Virus record (IMG/VR): IMGVR_UViG_3300037247_001314
Location: 1-64,000 of that record
DNA: 64,000 bases
Source: a virus
Direction: 5' to 3' (one strand)
Part shown: positions 49,146 through 60,143 of the stretch, in pieces
Position numbering within the stretch: position 1 is the stretch's first letter
Layout of the letters: every line of letters begins with the position of its first letter
Translations under genes and position numbers: made by a program
Notes under the pieces: generated by a model
Seen by the model: the letters and a program-made list of their open reading frames with translations, nothing else
Database searches by the model: none
What the model was told of the DNA's origin: nothing

Positions 49146-50360
49146 TCAGTCATCGCCATCTCCCAGTTTATGCGCCGTCACTTCCGCCTTAGGCGCCTCA
49201 CTGGAGCCACGCCAGAACGGAGCGCGAAACTTCCAGACGCGTTCTGTGCGCCCCTTGCCCGAGGCGAAGCGTTGCCAATGTCCAGACACCAACGTGCGCA
49301 CCTTGAGTTCTGACCGACTAGCTGCAGACACCTCGTCGACAGCTGTGGGCATGGTGCGGTTGAGCTTGACGCTGCGACCGAGGACAATGCGAGGTTGCTT
49401 GGGGAGCTTCTTGTGCTCGACGACAAGCTTTGCGCGCTTCTTATTTCGTGCGCTGGGCATCTTCTGGATGCGCTGCCACAACTTTCGCGCTGCCGGATTA
49501 GCTTCGATGTGCTCGCGCTCCGCGACGGGCGACGTCGTGTAGAACAGCAGGTTCATCACCCACCGAAAGCAGTCGACCCACATATGGGCTTCGCGTTCCA
49601 TCCCCTCGTCGTCTTGAGGGAGGTTGCGCTCTGCGCGTTGGTCTTTGGGTATCTGGACGCTGGTGAACACATCGGCCAACGTCTTGGCTATTGGCTCGTC
49701 ATCGAAGAGCGGCATGAAGAAATGCGAAAGCGCGTCGTCGTGCACATCGTCAGTTATCCCGCGAGCAGTGAGTAGCAAGCGCAGACCTCGCATACCCTCG
49801 TGCTCATCAGCAGCGACATAGGCGCCGGTGACAGGGTGCCAACCTGTCTGGATGCTAATGGTCTTGAAACCAAGCTGCTCAGGCACTTCCAGATAGACTG
49901 TTGGGAACGGTAGCTGCAGGTCCCGCCCCTTGATGCCGCGGAGCTCTGTCAAAAGCAGCTGCTGCGCTAACCCTGGCGATGGTGAGAACGTGTGCCGGCC
50001 GCTCAGCCGAAAGCGCGCTGTCTGCCACGCCATCATCGCTTGCGTGAGCGCTTCGCCCGTCGCTGCTGCTGCGCTGTAGCCAGCCTCTGCCCCAAGCATT
50101 CTACTCGTGCGATAGATTTCTAGGCCGTGGACGGTGGTGGTGTACCAGTCGTCGAAGGAAACGTCTGGACGCTCAGTCAGCGAGCGCTCAGCCCAGACAC
50201 TTTGCAGCGCTAGCATGCCCATACCTTTATCCCGCTCAACGAGGTCCAGGAGCACACGCGTGAGCGGTGCGTCCCCCCACTTGCCCGCCTGAGCGCGGGC
50301 GCTAGCGAGGTGTGGGTCGATAATGCGCTCGTAGTGGTGTTGGTTTTGCTGCTCAGTCAC
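49146..50360 (-). CDS. Hypothetical phage protein
   Basis: 404 aa; LQLPFPTVYLE; C-terminal VSGHWQRFASGKGR..APFWRG motif. Confidence 0.65.
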   Translation of the reverse strand: MTEQQNQHHYERIIDPHLASARAQAGKWGDAPLTRVLLDLVERDKGMGMLALQSVWAERSLTERPDVSFDDWYTTTVHGLEIYRTSRMLGAEAGYSAAAATGEALTQAMMAWQTARFRLSGRHTFSPSPGLAQQLLLTELRGIKGRDLQLPFPTVYLEVPEQLGFKTISIQTGWHPVTGAYVAADEHEGMRGLRLLLTARGITDDVHDDALSHFFMPLFDDEPIAKTLADVFTSVQIPKDQRAERNLPQDDEGMEREAHMWVDCFRWVMNLLFYTTSPVAEREHIEANPAARKLWQRIQKMPSARNKKRAKLVVEHKKLPKQPRIVLGRSVKLNRTMPTAVDEVSAASRSELKVRTLVSGHWQRFASGKGRTERVWKFRAPFWRGSSEAPKAEVTAHKLGDGDD

Positions 50361-51148
50361 TTGGCTGCTCCTCGAAGCAACATGCGAATCGTAAAAAGAG
50401 CCTCGTCGGCGGCCAGCGTCGTGTCCTCCGCTATACGGGACAGCGTCTGAAGCAGTACCGGGGTCGGCTCTGGCGTGGGCATCGGAGGTAGGATCTCGAC
50501 CTCAGGCCCAATAGCAGTCTGCTCAAAAACGTGGGCCGGAGCATCAGCTGCGTCGAAAACATAAAGGACGCCGTCAGCAGACTTGCGCAGTGTTCCGTTG
50601 CGGAGCAACTCGCCTACACAACCGTAGCTGCTACTGCGCTTAGCGTAGAGCACCCTCGCGAGTTCGGCTTTAGTCTTAGGCCGCGCTGCGAGGGACCCCA
50701 AGATTTCAGCGCGAAGTTCCACGTAGGTATCGTTCTGATTGTTGTTCCAAGGGTAACCCTGTCCTCGCTGTGGCCCAAGCGCAATAGGTGCAGACACTGT
50801 GCGCTCCAAAGGCTCAACCGAAATAAGAGGAGCAAACAGCGGTGGTGTTCTCCGGGAAGCGTCCCGAGGGCGAATGTGTTGTACGCCGACGGGAGCGGCA
50901 AACTGTTTAGGTCCGTAATATTTGCGGCTACGAACCCCACCCAGGCGCTTTCCCTCCACAACATCGACCCAACACGCAGAAATACGATCAGCTGCGTTCA
51001 GCAGACAAAGCGCCGCGCGAACTGTCGAGTCACTGTAGCGTTTGGACACGTCTTGGGCGGCGCGGATGTCGTCAGCCGGCGAGAACTCAGTTAAGGACTC
51101 GACGATACTAAGAACGTGCTGCTGCGCTTCTTTTGACGCTGACTTCAT
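50357..51148 (-). CDS. Winged-helix DNA-binding protein
   Basis: ILGSLAARPKTKAELARVL..VGELLRNGTLRK. Confidence 0.55.
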   Translation of the reverse strand: MKSASKEAQQHVLSIVESLTEFSPADDIRAAQDVSKRYSDSTVRAALCLLNAADRISACWVDVVEGKRLGGVRSRKYYGPKQFAAPVGVQHIRPRDASRRTPPLFAPLISVEPLERTVSAPIALGPQRGQGYPWNNNQNDTYVELRAEILGSLAARPKTKAELARVLYAKRSSSYGCVGELLRNGTLRKSADGVLYVFDAADAPAHVFEQTAIGPEVEILPPMPTPEPTPVLLQTLSRIAEDTTLAADEALFTIRMLLRGAAK

Positions 51149-51177
51149 CTTATTTTCCAGACGTTGGGGGTTGCCCC

Positions 51178-51217
51178 ACGATACACAGCGGGCAATGTGC
51201 CGTCAAGACATTTGTCT
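51178..51217 (-). promoter_or_regulatory. Repeated early promoter, copy 4
   Basis: AGACAAATGTC-TTGACG-17 nt-TATCGT. Confidence 0.75.
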
Positions 51218-51218
51218 G

Positions 51219-51255
51219 AAAAAGAAACGGCGAGACACATGGCCCCGCCGCTCCA
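51219..51255 (-). terminator. Terminator downstream of HU
   Basis: GAGCGGCGGGGC-CATGT-GTCTCGCCGTTTC-TTTTT. Confidence 0.55.
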
Positions 51256-51375
51256 ATCCGCTGTTCTTATGGCCCTTGGTGAAAGTCCCTCCCCAAAGCG
51301 GGGTAACCGCCCGCGGCCTCGCTACTCCCCCTCGACGGTGGGCGACCTTTCGGCCTTTCCCACCCACAGTGATTT

Positions 51376-51669
51376 CTATTTGCGTTTGCCCAAAAGGTCC
51401 TTGAAGACCTCCGTCGGCTTGAAACCGACCGTGTTGTGCGCGGCCTTCTTCCACGTCTCGCCCGTGGTTGTGCCCGGCACCTTGCCCGAGCTCGCTTTCT
51501 TGTGGCGCTTCTTAAAGGCGCCAAAGCCGCTCAACGAAAAGCGGCCTTCCGTCTTGACGCTGTCCATCGCCTGCTGCTGGAAACTCTCCAGCGCCTTGGT
51601 AGCTTCGCTCTTGGAAATGCCGGCGTCGGTCGCGATGCCCTCGATGAGGGCGGCCTTGGTGATGCTCAT
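51376..51669 (-). CDS. hup: HU family DNA-binding protein
   Basis: ITKAALIEGIA..SKSEA..LSGFGAF..VGFKP. Confidence 0.9.
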   Translation of the reverse strand: MSITKAALIEGIATDAGISKSEATKALESFQQQAMDSVKTEGRFSLSGFGAFKKRHKKASSGKVPGTTTGETWKKAAHNTVGFKPTEVFKDLLGKRK

Positions 51670-51753
51670 ATGCTCTGCTCCTGGGTGCCCAGTGTGGGCG
51701 AGGTTTGCGCCTTGTGTACCTGTCTGGACGCGGTGTCAAGGGCTCTGTCGCAT

Positions 51754-52323
51754 TTAGTCCGGCTCGATAAGCTTCTGACCATCCGGCACGGTCGCCTGTG
51801 CCCACCACGCGGGAAGCCGCATGCGCAGCGGGCTCACGGTGCGCGGCTGCCAAGGTCTGGACCACGAGCGTGGATCCACCTCGGTGTTGGTCCACCAAAT
51901 AGGTTGTCCTGGCGCGCAGCCGACGAGATAGCTGTGCCCCATGGGCCCGATGATGTTGAGGTGGCCTACGACGGCAGTGCCATGCTTCCGCAGAGCTTTG
52001 ACCATTGCTATCCCGCCCGACCCATGCATCGTCGAGCAGCAGCGCAACCAGAGCAGCCTGACGTGCTTCCAGCGCTTGTCACTGCGAGGCAAGACCTGTT
52101 TGCCGATGAACGCTTGGCCCGGCGAGCCATGCCCCCAGAAATGGAGCTCAACGTCGCTGCCGATCTCGCGACATTTGTTGAGGACGTCGTACCAGGACGT
52201 CGCTGCTACGACGTGGTCAAAGCGCCAACCAAAGAGAGCTGCGCCAATAATCCAAGTGCGCGCAACGCTGAAGAATGGTGCGGGGGTTGCGTCGTAGGCG
52301 AGGATGCGAACGGGTTTGGACAT
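51754..52323 (-). CDS. DUF4347/caspase-fold-like protein
   Basis: LHFWGHGSPG and LWLRCCST (possible His-Cys dyad). Confidence 0.5.
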   Translation of the reverse strand: MSKPVRILAYDATPAPFFSVARTWIIGAALFGWRFDHVVAATSWYDVLNKCREIGSDVELHFWGHGSPGQAFIGKQVLPRSDKRWKHVRLLWLRCCSTMHGSGGIAMVKALRKHGTAVVGHLNIIGPMGHSYLVGCAPGQPIWWTNTEVDPRSWSRPWQPRTVSPLRMRLPAWWAQATVPDGQKLIEPD

Positions 52324-52372
52324 GTGGAGGCCTCCGCGAAGTGCTTACCCCGAGGAGGCCTTCACGTCATCG

Positions 52373-54058
52373 TCAGGCTGCCAGCTTTTGCATAGCGCAT
52401 CGAATGTGATGGGGTAGGTGCGCGAGGGGTCGGCGGACGTCAAAGCCCGAGGCCACAGCGATATCGCGCAGGAGCGCCCCCATCGAGACTGCGTCCCGCT
52501 CAGCGTGATTCTTGTCCGCTTTGCTGTTGCTGGCCTCTGCCTGCGCTGAAGTGCAATGTGACCGCGCGCTTGCGAGGTCGGTCTTTAGCTTTTCGATTTG
52601 AGTCATGGCTTGCCCCCTTCTCTGCGGTTAGATGTCCAGACGAGTATATCGGTTCGGTCAACATCGTGCGGGCAACGCGAGACATGTCTCCCATTTCAAA
52701 CGCCGCAACGCGCACGCTGTTAGACACCGGCGCACCTTCCAGACAGTTTTCGATTCGTTTCGCTTGGTCGCAAAGTGCATCGAGCACGACGCCAAGACGC
52801 TTTAGTCGCACCGCTGGGTCTTCGGGGAAATGCTGCGGGCCGTCCTCGAGCTTGGTCTCGTAGCCCATGCACGTGCCGCAACCTGGCTCAAAACAATACA
52901 GAGTATGGTGGACGATACGGTAGAGTTCTTTCTCCCGCTTCGACAGCTGCGTTGGTGTCCGGCCCTGCTTCTTCTTTGCCATCCCAACAACCGTAGGCAT
53001 ATCTCCAGACAGACGTCCAGACCGGCCAGGCTATTCGGTAGGGATTTCGCCGTCTTCGTCCGGTCGATCGAGGCAGTTGAACGTCTTGTCGGAGAGCACA
53101 CCGTTCTCGCTGGCAATGGGATTGTGGGCTTGCGCCGTCGCCGCTTTGCGCTTCTTTGGGCGCGGCTTGGGGGATGGGGCTTCGGGCGCATCGAGTTCTT
53201 CCAGACGTTTTTCCAGATGGTCGCCCACCTCGCTGATGAGCCCGATAGTTCGTTCTAGCGCGTGCTTGGTGCCCTTCCCGCCACGGATGAAAAGCTCAAC
53301 ACCAACCTTGCCCCCAACGATGAGCCCGTCGAAAAGCTTGTCCACTAGCGGATGTTCTTCGGTCTTTTTGTCGTCGTCAATCATCACTATCAAGTGTCCC
53401 TTCAATGTTTTGGGCCTCCTCCCAAGTGTCGGCGAGCCCCCTGAGAGTTTTAGGGAGGGAGGCCATGTCACACTCAACGGCGGGCAGAAGCCCGCTAGAC
53501 GTGGTCAACTGAATCGTCACCGGTCGTGGGTCTCTTGCGAGTTTGACTTCCTCGTCACTCGGCATCGTCACCGCCGCTCAGTTCAGCGCTCACCATGCCG
53601 CCAAAGGTTATTTTCTTTCCGCTCGCGTCATACGCATGCTCAATGATGCGCTTACCGGGGATGGCCACAAGACCGCCGCGCTTCGCTGCACCTTCGTACT
53701 GGGGAGCGGCCTCGTGTCCCGTGACGAGAGGGCCACCGTTGGCTAGCTGCGTAAGCTTATCATCCGTCACCGCCACCCCAGTGACGGGCGTAGCCTCGTC
53801 GCACTCCTCTTTGGTGAGCACGCGGTTGAGGTATTCCTCTGCGATGCCGATGTGGCTCACCTCCATACCGAAAGATTCACCGTCTGGACGAATGCCGAGC
53901 TCCTCAACGCGCTCCTCAGCTTGGCGCACGTTGCCGGCCTGCACGATGACCACGCCGCGGAATACGTCGTTGTCCATGTAGCTCAGCCACCACAGCTGTG
54001 CGCCGGTGACGTAGCCCGCTGCCGGTTTGTCGCTACCAACGTCGATCGTTTTAGCCAT
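52373..54058 (-). other. Small hypothetical early genes
   Basis: Coupled minus-strand ORFs (52373-52606, 52500-53000, 53031-53384, 53377-53571, 53555-54058). Confidence 0.45.
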
Positions 54059-54611
54059 CGCTGATAACCTTATTGGCGTCTGGAAGTTGTTCGCCTGCGA
54101 TGCCCACCACTGACTCCAACTCGTCAACAGGGATCTCAGCCCCCTGGCGGTGGTGGTCCGCATCGAACCACTGGACGGCGACAATGGGCGAGTCATACTT
54201 CAACCAGACAATCGTCATCAGCTGTGCGCTGGTTTTGCGTTTCACGGTCGTGCCGATACGAAATCGATTACCAAAGGTTGTAAAGCTGTCAGCGTGCATG
54301 TCCCGGCGTTCGCGCGCGCGGTTGAGTTCGATGCTCGCCTCCGTGACCACTTTGTCGCTGAGGAACTTGAATCGAGGAACTTCAGTGCCGTCATCCAACA
54401 CAACCAGCTCGTTAAACTCTTCCTCGCTGCGCACCCACCACCGACCTTGCTCGTACAAACGCCCCTCTGCGGTTTGCTGACTTTCTTCCACAGCCAAATA
54501 AATAATGACGGGGGTTCCCTCCCGCCCATTGGTAGCGTCGTCGGCACCCGCCAGCACTCGATACTGTCCGCCTTTGTAGTGTTCGTATAGACCGGCTTTC
54601 GTTTTAACCAT
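54051..54611 (-). CDS. DUF1653 fused to a YodC/DUF2158-like domain
   Basis: GLYEHYKGGQYRV..WVRSEEEF..VPRF; FRIGTTVKRKTSAQLMTI..VQWFD. Confidence 0.65.
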   Translation of the reverse strand: MVKTKAGLYEHYKGGQYRVLAGADDATNGREGTPVIIYLAVEESQQTAEGRLYEQGRWWVRSEEEFNELVVLDDGTEVPRFKFLSDKVVTEASIELNRARERRDMHADSFTTFGNRFRIGTTVKRKTSAQLMTIVWLKYDSPIVAVQWFDADHHRQGAEIPVDELESVVGIAGEQLPDANKVISDG

Positions 54612-57600
54612 CGCTGCCAACTCCGCTGCGATGTGGGCCCGGGAGGCGGCTGTAATAGCAACCCCCGTCGTGGTCCTTCGCAAGTCGACAACGAAGCTCA
54701 GGCGCGTCTGGATAATGTTTTGAGCAGAGGACCTTTGTTGGAGCGGGCGGCTCAATCTTAGACTTAGCGTCGATGAGGCTGGGGGTCGTAAGGTCGATGG
54801 TCCCGTCTGTGTGTCTCACGCCTTTAAGCGCAAGGGCTAGGCCCGCGAGTGTGTTGGCTGCTGCATTTGCTCTCGGCGTATCGAAAAATGAAAACTCGAC
54901 TACAGCCGCATCGCCCTCCATCTCGACAGCGTGAACGTAGCCGACGATGTCTTCGACTTTCTGGCTGAAGTCCAACGTCACGTAGAGCCTATCCACGTTG
55001 GCGCGCTCCACCATCGAAGCAATAGCCTCACGAGTGAAAACGTCCTGCCCGTCGTCACCGGCACGAATGAGTTCCATGCGATGTTTCACTCTCTCAGCCA
55101 TCACTTTTCTCCTCGTCGGTGTCTGGAAGTTTTCGGAGGGCAATAGCTGCGTTGCGGCTATGCGAAGCGGACACCGGTAGCCCGCCAGCTGTAACAGCAT
55201 CTGCGTGGTTGTCTAACCACCTCGCGCAGCGCTCCCGTTCGCCCGCCCTAATCGCTGCGCCGTCGTCAAACGCTCGCTGCACCTTTGCAGCGTTGAGCGT
55301 CTTCGTCTTTTCGCCCAGTCGCCTGAGTGTATCGTCTCGACTGGTGTTCGCATCAGCAAGGTCAGCGCGCGCTTTCGCGAGTCGCGTGAGAAGTTCTCGA
55401 GCGAAATCAGTTGAGGCGCCAGGCAAAAGGCTTTGTAGCCGCATGCGCGCTGCCTTTATCACCGCGTCCTCGTAGTCAGCTGGCATCAGACTTCTCTTCG
55501 TGCTTCGCGATAGCCCATATCTCGTCGATGAGCGCATGCAGTTTAGCGGTTGCTGGGTGCCCCTCGGGGAACACCGCTTGGCGCAATAGCTGGATGCCGT
55601 CAACGATAGCACCGTGCGGCTTGCCGTTGCGCCCCTTGTCCCTCGTGTCTTCCAGGCTACTCAACGGGGTGCCGTGCTCGTCGACGTCGCTGTAGCAACC
55701 GACGCGGATGCCCTTGACCAGCTCGGCAAAGCACTTTGGGCAGAAGTCCCACTCCCACTCGCCGAAGGCTTGAAAGAGCAGCGGGTTCTCGGGGTCATCG
55801 CGGTTGATGGCCGAAAGCCCGCTGCGTTGCCGCACTGTTGTTGTCTGGAAGCCGACACCAGGGCGGACCTTGCCTTCCTCGTCATCGTCGGGGACGGACC
55901 AGCTCTGCCCGTGCCTTGGGACGTCACGCCCGCCTCGGTCCTCCGTCCTACACTTGTCGCAGACAAGCCCGATGGTGGGGCATTGCGGGTGTTCGCGATT
56001 GAGGAGTTTCACGCGGAAGCTTTCTCAAGCTGTCTTACGAAGGCACGGAAGGGGGCCGGGTCATGCCCCTTGAAGTTTGGCGACGTCTCCATCGTGTGCA
56101 GCAGCTCCTTAGCTGCCTTGAGGAAGGCACCCTTGTACGGATGACGTCGGAGCAAGTTGCGGACGGTCATCGGATAGGTCGAGGGTGCGGGGACACCGAA
56201 GGCTTCGGTGGGTAGTTCGGACGCGTGAACCATGTCTCAGCCCCCAAACACACGACGGCTAAGAAGATTGCGAACGGTGGAGAGCGCGTGTGCACCTTCC
56301 GACCCCTCAGGAAAACGGCCGCCGTTCGCCACAGCATCGAGTTCAGCAAACACGTCTTTCTCGACGGTAGCGAGCTTCTCCTTAAGCTCTTTTATCCGGG
56401 CAACAGCGGCGAGCGCTGGGTCTTCGAGGTTCTCTCCCCGACAACCCACTAAAAACAGGTCAGCGTTGGCGAGCTTGACTGCTGTGACCTGGCGATCGAG
56501 AGCATCCCGCTCTTCGCTGGCCTCGTCTGGACGCTTCAAAACCACAGTATTGTCTGGAAACGATTTTTCGCAAAGAGCGTCTTGCTCAGCCCGGTGCGCG
56601 TTAGTCGCCGTCTGCACTTCGCCGGGGAGATCGTCAGTGCCCCAACAGTTGGGCAGCACTTTCGTCCAACAAATGCCCTTTTTCGAGACGAGCGTGGCGC
56701 CGACAGGGGCAGCTTCGAGTTCTTCGACGGAGTAGCTCATGACGGCTTTCCCTTGCGTTCCAGACGGAGCTTATCATTGGAATCCCGCAGCAGGGCGTTG
56801 GACTCCTGTATGTCGTCAATCTTGGCCTGCAGGTTTCCGTTGGCCTCGCGAAGTTTATCCTTGTCGGCGCATACGCTCCGCAGGCTCTCCTCAGTACGAT
56901 CGTGATTCGCTTGGAGCGCGGCTTGTGCCTCGAAAAGCTCGTTGTACGCTTTTTGCAAATGAGAGGCTTCAGCCTCGGCGGCCCTGTCCTCGGGAGGCAA
57001 CACACCGGCTTGCTCCAGCAATGCCCCAATGTCCAGACGCTGCACCTCGTCGGCCATGCGGTCTTTGCCTAGCCGTCGGAGCTCGTCAGCTATGACGTCA
57101 CGGTACCGGTCCGCCAGCTGCTTCAGTTCGGACACCATCACGCGGGCGAGTCGTTCATTCATCTTTTCGGTCATCGGATTCTCCTTGGTTGGGTGTCGCT
57201 GCTTCTACATCTTCCAGAGCTGCTTCGGCAGCTTCCAGATAGGCAGAACCCTCGTGAACCACGCCGGATACGCTCGGGGCAGCAGGTTCGGCCTCAGCCT
57301 TAGCACTCACCCGACTCGCGGCTTTCTCCCACAACAAACGGCTGACATTGTGCCGTCGCTGACGAGAAGCCCCCGAATCTTTCTCGATAGCGTGCAAAGC
57401 CTGCTCCACCATTGCAGACTGTTCCAGACAAATCGCGAGATCGGTAGCTGCACGCTCAGGATTACGTTCAGCGTCATCGGACCGCAACACTGCGTCGACG
57501 CGGGTCACAGCTTCCGCGACTGCACCAACGAGGCCACGCTGGTTGTAGGTCATGCCCTTCAGCATATCTTCGACGTCAGCATGGGGGTGCCCAGGGCGAA

Positions 57601-59567
57601 CGGGCACTTGCTCCGTGATGTTGCCACCAAACGTAGTCACTTGCGCGCCGTCCTCGACGAGCGAAGTCATCTGCATGCGGATAGTGCTGGCCGCGTCCGC
57701 AAAATCGTCGGCGTGCTCTCTCTCGTACGCTGATGGGTCTGGATTCATAACTAAGCATCGCGCAAGTGAGTTAGCTAGGTATTCCAGATACTCAGCGACT
57801 TCGGCCAAAGTTTCGCGGCTTGGTTTTTTCATTCGGGCTGTCCTTTGAGGTCTGCGAGATAGCCGGCCAAGCGGCGCCTCTCAACGTTTCCTAGTTCCAG
57901 ACGTTGCACATCCGGCTTCGGTGGGGAAGGGGGCAATGTGCCTCCTGCCATAATAGGAACGAAGGCCCGGCCATGGCGCTTACTCAGCTCTCGAATAGCA
58001 GCCTCAACTGTCTGGAAAGCTATCTGCCCGCAAAGCATCGTCTGCCACAGCTGCCATTGCTCCTCGATGCCTTTGTTATTGCGTAGCACCACGGGCAGGC
58101 AGTCGCCCAACATCTTGAGCTCGCCCTTGTTCGGGTTGCGGCTCCATATCTCGAAGCGGCCGGGGATGCGCTCCGAGGTCTTCATGAGCGCGGTGCTGCC
58201 CTTGAACTCACGGCGCATCGCTGCGTCTGGAAAACGAAAGCCGAGCTCCAGCTTGCCATGCCTCCAGAGGACGTAGCGAAGCCGGCTCTGGCGCTGCATG
58301 TCTGGAGGTCGTGGGCGGAGGTAGATGTCCTCGTCGCCTACCGCATCGTCATACACTTGCTCTGCGACTGTCTCGCCTGCAGGGCCGTAGATTTCGTCAG
58401 CCTCGACCACGTTGCGTCTGGAATGCCACTGGCCGTGGCTCATGACGAGAATGAGTTCTTTGCCGTCGTCAGCCATCAAAGCCCCTTCGTCTACCCCACT
58501 CGTCGCGTGGGTCGCGCATCTCTTCCAGTTGTCGGGCAAAATCATCTGCGCGAGCTCGCTGCTCGTCGTGCTTTCTAACCAAGCTAATGACGGCAGCGCG
58601 CCTGCGCTCGCTGATAGGCCATTCGCCCACATCGCGAACGGTAGAGGCCACGACAGCCTCCGACACAGGACTGAGCCGTGCGATGCAGGTTTCCAGTCGC
58701 CGACGTTCACGCGTAGCCCAGTTCAGCTGCGCTTTAACAGCTTTGCGCTCCTCATCGGCTTGAGTGTAGAGCGCGCGGTGAACGAGCGCAGTTTTCTCGC
58801 TCAGGTGACTGTCCTTCAACTCGTCGCGCTCTTTGCATACATTCTTGTAGAGCTGCTCCATCTCCGCTGCGTCTTCGCGTATCTGAGCGGCCTCCTCTTT
58901 CGATATTGAAGAATCGCATGTCGGGCAACAGCCTTGGTCGTCGTCAGTCATCCGTAAAGTTCTTCTCGCTGAGCTTTTTCCAATCGTCCTCGTTGCCGTG
59001 AGCGAGGAGAAAGTTGTGCTTCATGGTTTCCAGTTGCTGGCGATAATCAGGCAAACCAACAGGCGGGTCGGCCACGGACAAACGAAAGCCCCCAGTGGTC
59101 ACAGCGGACGCACCGATTTCAGCCATGTGTTCACCAGCGGCGACGATCTTTGCCTCTAGTTCTGGATGTTGTTTCGTATAGTCAACCATTGCTCTCCCTA
59201 GCGGTCACCTGTCGGTTCCCATCACGTCTGCGGTTGTATCGACGTCGTCGCAGCGAGGTGGCTACGAGGTCAGCGTTAAATCGCCCGCTGTGGATGCCTA
59301 GCAGCAACACACAGGCAGCATCCCATTGCGTGTCGTCGAGGTCGACGAGCTTGGTATCGGTGGTGGTTCGTATCTGCGCCTTCATGTCGTCTCGTCGTCA
59401 TCCTCTGTAAAGGCAAACTCAATGCGGCGCAGACTCGATTGGTTCTCCTTGTTGACCAACCCAAGTAACCGGTCGACGAGTTCTGGCGGAACATCTCCGT
59501 GGGCGAGAGGAGCTAGCGGAAGATATTTATTTGCTTGTTGGCGGTACAGAGTCGCTCGACATTTCAC
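54604..59567 (-). other. Array of small hypothetical early genes
   Basis: Tightly coupled ORFs with ATGA-type overlaps. Confidence 0.5.
56237..56740 (-). CDS. Hypothetical protein with an ELxxxPVG repeat domain
   Basis: MSYSVEELEAAPVGATLVSKKGICWTK resembles the repeats of the 2465-aa protein. Confidence 0.55.
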   Translation of the reverse strand: MSYSVEELEAAPVGATLVSKKGICWTKVLPNCWGTDDLPGEVQTATNAHRAEQDALCEKSFPDNTVVLKRPDEASEERDALDRQVTAVKLANADLFLVGCRGENLEDPALAAVARIKELKEKLATVEKDVFAELDAVANGGRFPEGSEGAHALSTVRNLLSRRVFGG

Positions 59568-59944
59568 AGCGCACCTCGCTCGACCAGGAGCTCGCGCACC
59601 TTCACCCAGTCGACGTAGGGCCGCGGAGCATCGTGCTTCAACGGACAGCCAAGTGCTGCATCGTCGATGTAAATCTGCGCATAGGCTTTAGGTGACGTCG
59701 TCCAATCCTGCGCAGGGTTCCGCTGAACGCCGTAGAGCGGGATGTCGTTTGCTGCGTACCAGTTGACTGCGTCTTGTAGCTTCTCATCGCAGCGCATTGT
59801 CCACAGAATGAGCCCGTGCCCAGCGGCGACGAGTTCTTTCTGCACCTCAACAGCACCGGGGAGTGTGCCACCGACGTTGGGATACTCGTGATAAACGCAG
59901 GTGCCGTCAAAGTCGACGCAGATGTTGAGGGACATTGCTTTCAT
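59564..59944 (-). CDS. HAD-type phosphatase (BT0820-like)
   Basis: ICVDFDGT, LILWTMR, SPKAYAQIYIDD. Confidence 0.8.
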   Translation of the reverse strand: MKAMSLNICVDFDGTCVYHEYPNVGGTLPGAVEVQKELVAAGHGLILWTMRCDEKLQDAVNWYAANDIPLYGVQRNPAQDWTTSPKAYAQIYIDDAALGCPLKHDAPRPYVDWVKVRELLVERGAL

Positions 59945-60143
59945 TTAGTTTTTCTCGACGCGAAGGTTAAAAGGTTCGCCGCAATCAATCTCACCGGAAT
60001 GACACCACTCCTCGTCTGGCTTCCCATCGTTGCCCTCAAGCCCCTGTAGGGGCCGGTCCTCTGCGAGCTCGATCGCTTTCGCTTTTGTGGGCGCCTCGAC
60101 GTGGGTGTGCAGCGAGATTGTACCGAGTGCGGCCACTACAAAC

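Noticed and set aside
54604-55101. Possible second prohead-protease-like fold
   Set aside because: Only a vague resemblance (FFDTPRA) and no catalytic residues identifiable
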